DNA of 64,000 bases, from NCBI RefSeq assembly GCF_963921235.1, contig NC_086097.1:168952001-169016000 (forward strand), given 5' to 3'. Each line of letters starts with the position of its first letter. The stretch's first letter is position 1. Source of the stretch: Mobula hypostoma. Its lineage: Eukaryota. The notes beneath the pieces were generated by a model, which saw only the letters and a list, made by a program, of their open reading frames with translations, made no database searches and had not been told where the DNA came from. Positions 61,195 through 64,000 of this stretch are shown here, piece after piece. A program made the position numbers and the translations under genes.

Positions 61195-62815
61195 TTGCTG
61201 CAATGCACGATAGGAACATGTCCAGTTGTTGAGCTTGAAATATCAGGTGTTGCTGTCTATTGTCTGTTGGACACAGGTAGTCAGGTAAGCACCCTGACCG
61301 AACAGTTCTTTCGAGAACACTTGAATGGAGAGGACAAGTGTATGTTGTCCACTGCTGGCTGGCTTAGGCTAGCAGCTGCAAACAGTCTTGATATTCCTTA
61401 CCTTGGGTATCGAGAGCTAGAGGTTCAAGCAATGGGCATGAAGATACCAAATTGTGGCTTTCTAGTAGTCAGGGATTCTGTGAGCACCGAACCCCCTATC
61501 CCATGTATTGTAGGCATGAACATTATCAGCCAGTGTAGGCAACTTGTCTACGCAGTGTTTGACTTTGATGTCCAGTATCGTCCGGGTCGGAGCAATACCG
61601 TGGCTGACGCGCCCTCTAGGCAGCTATTTGCAGGGGAGTCTGAGCCTGCCTCAGAGAATGCGGAGTTCGATGGGGCTGTGGCGATTGGTAGTTCAATCAA
61701 TTGCGGCAGTGCCCTTGATCCGGCACTGGTTACCGCTGGTCTTAGCAGCTGTAGGGTTAAGCAAATCCGAGCCTGGGAAGCTGGTACTAATGAGGTAAGT
61801 GGTCCGACGCAAGGGAACACTCCAACCCTCCCAGGTTATTCTAATGGGGACTTATGTACTTTTCCGCAGCAAGACCCTGTGCTAAGTGTCCTAACAGACT
61901 TATGGGATCAGAAAAGGAAGCTGAGTGGCCAGGAGCATAAAACTCTGCCTAAGCCTGTTTTGTCTCTGTTAGGGCACTGGAACAGTATCAGAGAGCGTAA
62001 AGGGTTACTGTATAGGGTAGTTGAGGATGAGAAGCTTGGGGAGTGTTACCAGCTTCTGATACCTAACAGCTTGAGGAGCAAATTGTTAAGAGTATGTACA
62101 TGATTCTATGGGCCATCAAGGCATAAACGTACTCTGCAGTTGTTGAGAAGCCGATGTTTTTGGGTAGGCATACACGAGGATGTGGCACAGTGGGTCAAAA
62201 GTTGTCCACGTTGTGTACTAACTAAGATGCCACAGCCTACGATCCGCGCGTGCCCCCCGCCCCCATGAAGTCATTTCTGGCTTCTAGGCCGCTTGAAGTT
62301 GTTGCGGTAGATTTCACTGTGTTGGAGCCGGCAAGTGATGGGCGTGAGAATGTCTTATTGGTCACAGGCGCTTTCTCTAAATTTACCCAAGTATTTCCAA
62401 CTCAGGATCAAAAGGTGGATACCACAGCAAGGGTGCTCTTGAGGGAATGGTTCATGAAGTACGGTGTCCCTGAGAGGTTGCATTCTGACCAGGACAGTAA
62501 CTTCGAAAGTGAGGTCATAGCGGAGCTTTGCAAACTATACGGGGTAAAGAAAAGCCGTACCACACCTCATCATCCTACTGGAAACGTGCAGTGCGAGCAT
62601 TTCAACAGGACAATGCATGATCTGCTGCGTACGTTGCCTCCAGGAGAGAAACGCAGGTGGCCAGAACATCTACCTGAGTTGGTGTATGCATATAATGCGA
62701 CACCTCACGCAACCACCGGGTATTCGCCTTACTGTCTGTTGTTTGGGGTGGATCCCCACTTGCCTGTGGATGCTATGTTGGGGCAAGAACAGATGGTGGT
62801 CCGGAAACGATTACT
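61195..62815 (+). pseudogene. Gypsy pol remnant: protease joined to the RNase H C-terminus, then integrase
   Basis: CLLDTGSQVS; FDFDVQYRPGRSNTVADAPSR; MGHQG...CPRC; VAVDF, HSDQDSNFES, CEHFNRT. Confidence 0.9.
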
Positions 62816-64000
62816 TGAATGCAGGGGAGAAATGTAACCGGGTGACCGTCGGACCTTATTCAGTATCGTTAAAAGTGTACTTAGGCATCCATCCAGGTAA
62901 TGCTAGAATAGTTGTCTGTGCCTTAAGGGAGACGGTGATGTCATTACGCACACGCAGGATATCGGGGAGACCATTTTGCTGAAGATGCTGGTGGGGCGTT
63001 GGAATCTGGTCTCTCCCAGAGTGTGCTGGGCATGGTGAGGAAAGGTGAGCATTAATTGACGATATCCATGTGAATTCATTTATTCTTGCTGACGAATTGA
63101 GAATATCGGTAGTTTGACATATTTTACATGTGGATGCTTTAGATTTTCTCGAGTGAATGACTCAACGCTGGATCACGTGGCTTGGGCAAAGTTCTTCACC
63201 ATCCAAGTAGGTCAGGCTTCCTGTAATTTAACTACCAGGCAATACCTTGTAAAAGTTGTGCCAAAGTGTACCTTTTGTCTAACTTTATTGTATCAGGACT
63301 GATTGTGAATGTAACAGTGTAACGTGAATGTTTAGTCTCTGTTCGGAAGTTCAGCACGTGTGTACGTCTTAGATGAGATGTATTCGCTTACATTTTTCGC
63401 TGTTATGTATAAGATGCAGGGTGGGTGGGATTCTAATGTTGTTTGTATTGTGTTCCTTCAGGATTGCCACTACCGTATTTGTACCGTATCTGTACTGGTA
63501 TTTTTTATACTGCATATGTGATTCTGTCCATACACAAGGGTGTGGATCGAAAGTTACACTGAGACTGTAACGGCAAGAACTGGTTGTCAATTCATTCGTT
63601 TTGTCTCGCGACCCTCTACTGGTACTTAAACATCGAAAACCGATAAAGGAATTAAAACCCGAAAAAGTCTTTGTTGTCCTGAGCGTGTACTTTTCCCCAG
63701 GCTACACATGTACCTGCCTTGGTTACATTTTTAACCCTCCTATTAACATACTGTCGTACCTGTAGATACCGATAAAGGCTTGTTTTTTTAATAAGTGTTT
63801 CTCTTTAAGTATTTCAAAACTGAACAGTGTTCCTCCTTCATTATATTGCAAAGAACTGTTATTCCTTTAGCTGTCCAGTCCTTAAATCTAGCATCCAGTT
63901 TATTCAGCGTAAAATCAGAGTGATATGCAGACCATTTAAGAATTGCAATATCTCCCTCTAGTTTATATTCTTTTATAATAGTTTTCCATATTTTAAGAGT

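Larger units (their letters stand above)
57823..63706 (+). mobile_element. Two-LTR Gypsy retrotransposon, non-autonomous (RT deleted)
   Basis: LTRs 57823-58821 and 62833-63706 (TGtaaccggg...ggctaCA); TSD catg at 57819-57822 and 63707-63710; PBS 58827-58845; PPT gcaggggagaaa. Confidence 0.95.
56882..64000 (-). mobile_element. L1/Tx1-type LINE (3' end with poly-A), split by the Gypsy at 57823-63706 and running off the window
   Basis: Poly-T plus tttattg at 56882-56912; ORF 57149-57817 CWRNCGNQNADHYHIFWDC; LINE sequence resumes at 63707. Confidence 0.85.

Overview
Vertebrate genomic DNA made almost entirely of nested, decayed transposable elements. The repeat repertoire is what I associate with cartilaginous fishes (sharks/rays); this is an inference. 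No intact host protein-coding gene can be supported. Contents: (i) two two-LTR Ty3/Gypsy proviruses with 4-bp TSDs, one at 33497-40262 (PNMA-like gag, tRNA-Pro PBS) and one at 57823-63706 (tRNA-Leu(UAA) PBS, RT deleted in frame); (ii) two truncated Gypsy elements and several solo LTRs; (iii) many CR1, Rex1/Babar and L1/Tx1-type LINE fragments and a tRNA-derived SINE; (iv) two pogo/Tigger DNA transposon derivatives; (v) a Penelope-like element (PLE) family with RT and GIY-YIG remnants. The PLE terminal repeat carries a minimal type-I hammerhead ribozyme motif, and the family repeatedly inserts as tail-outward inverted mini-elements with 10-14 bp TSDs. A few unique islands on the minus strand have splice-site-like borders and may be exons of an unidentified, possibly decayed host gene (low confidence). 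LINE boundaries are approximate; TSD, LTR and PBS coordinates were read directly from the sequence.
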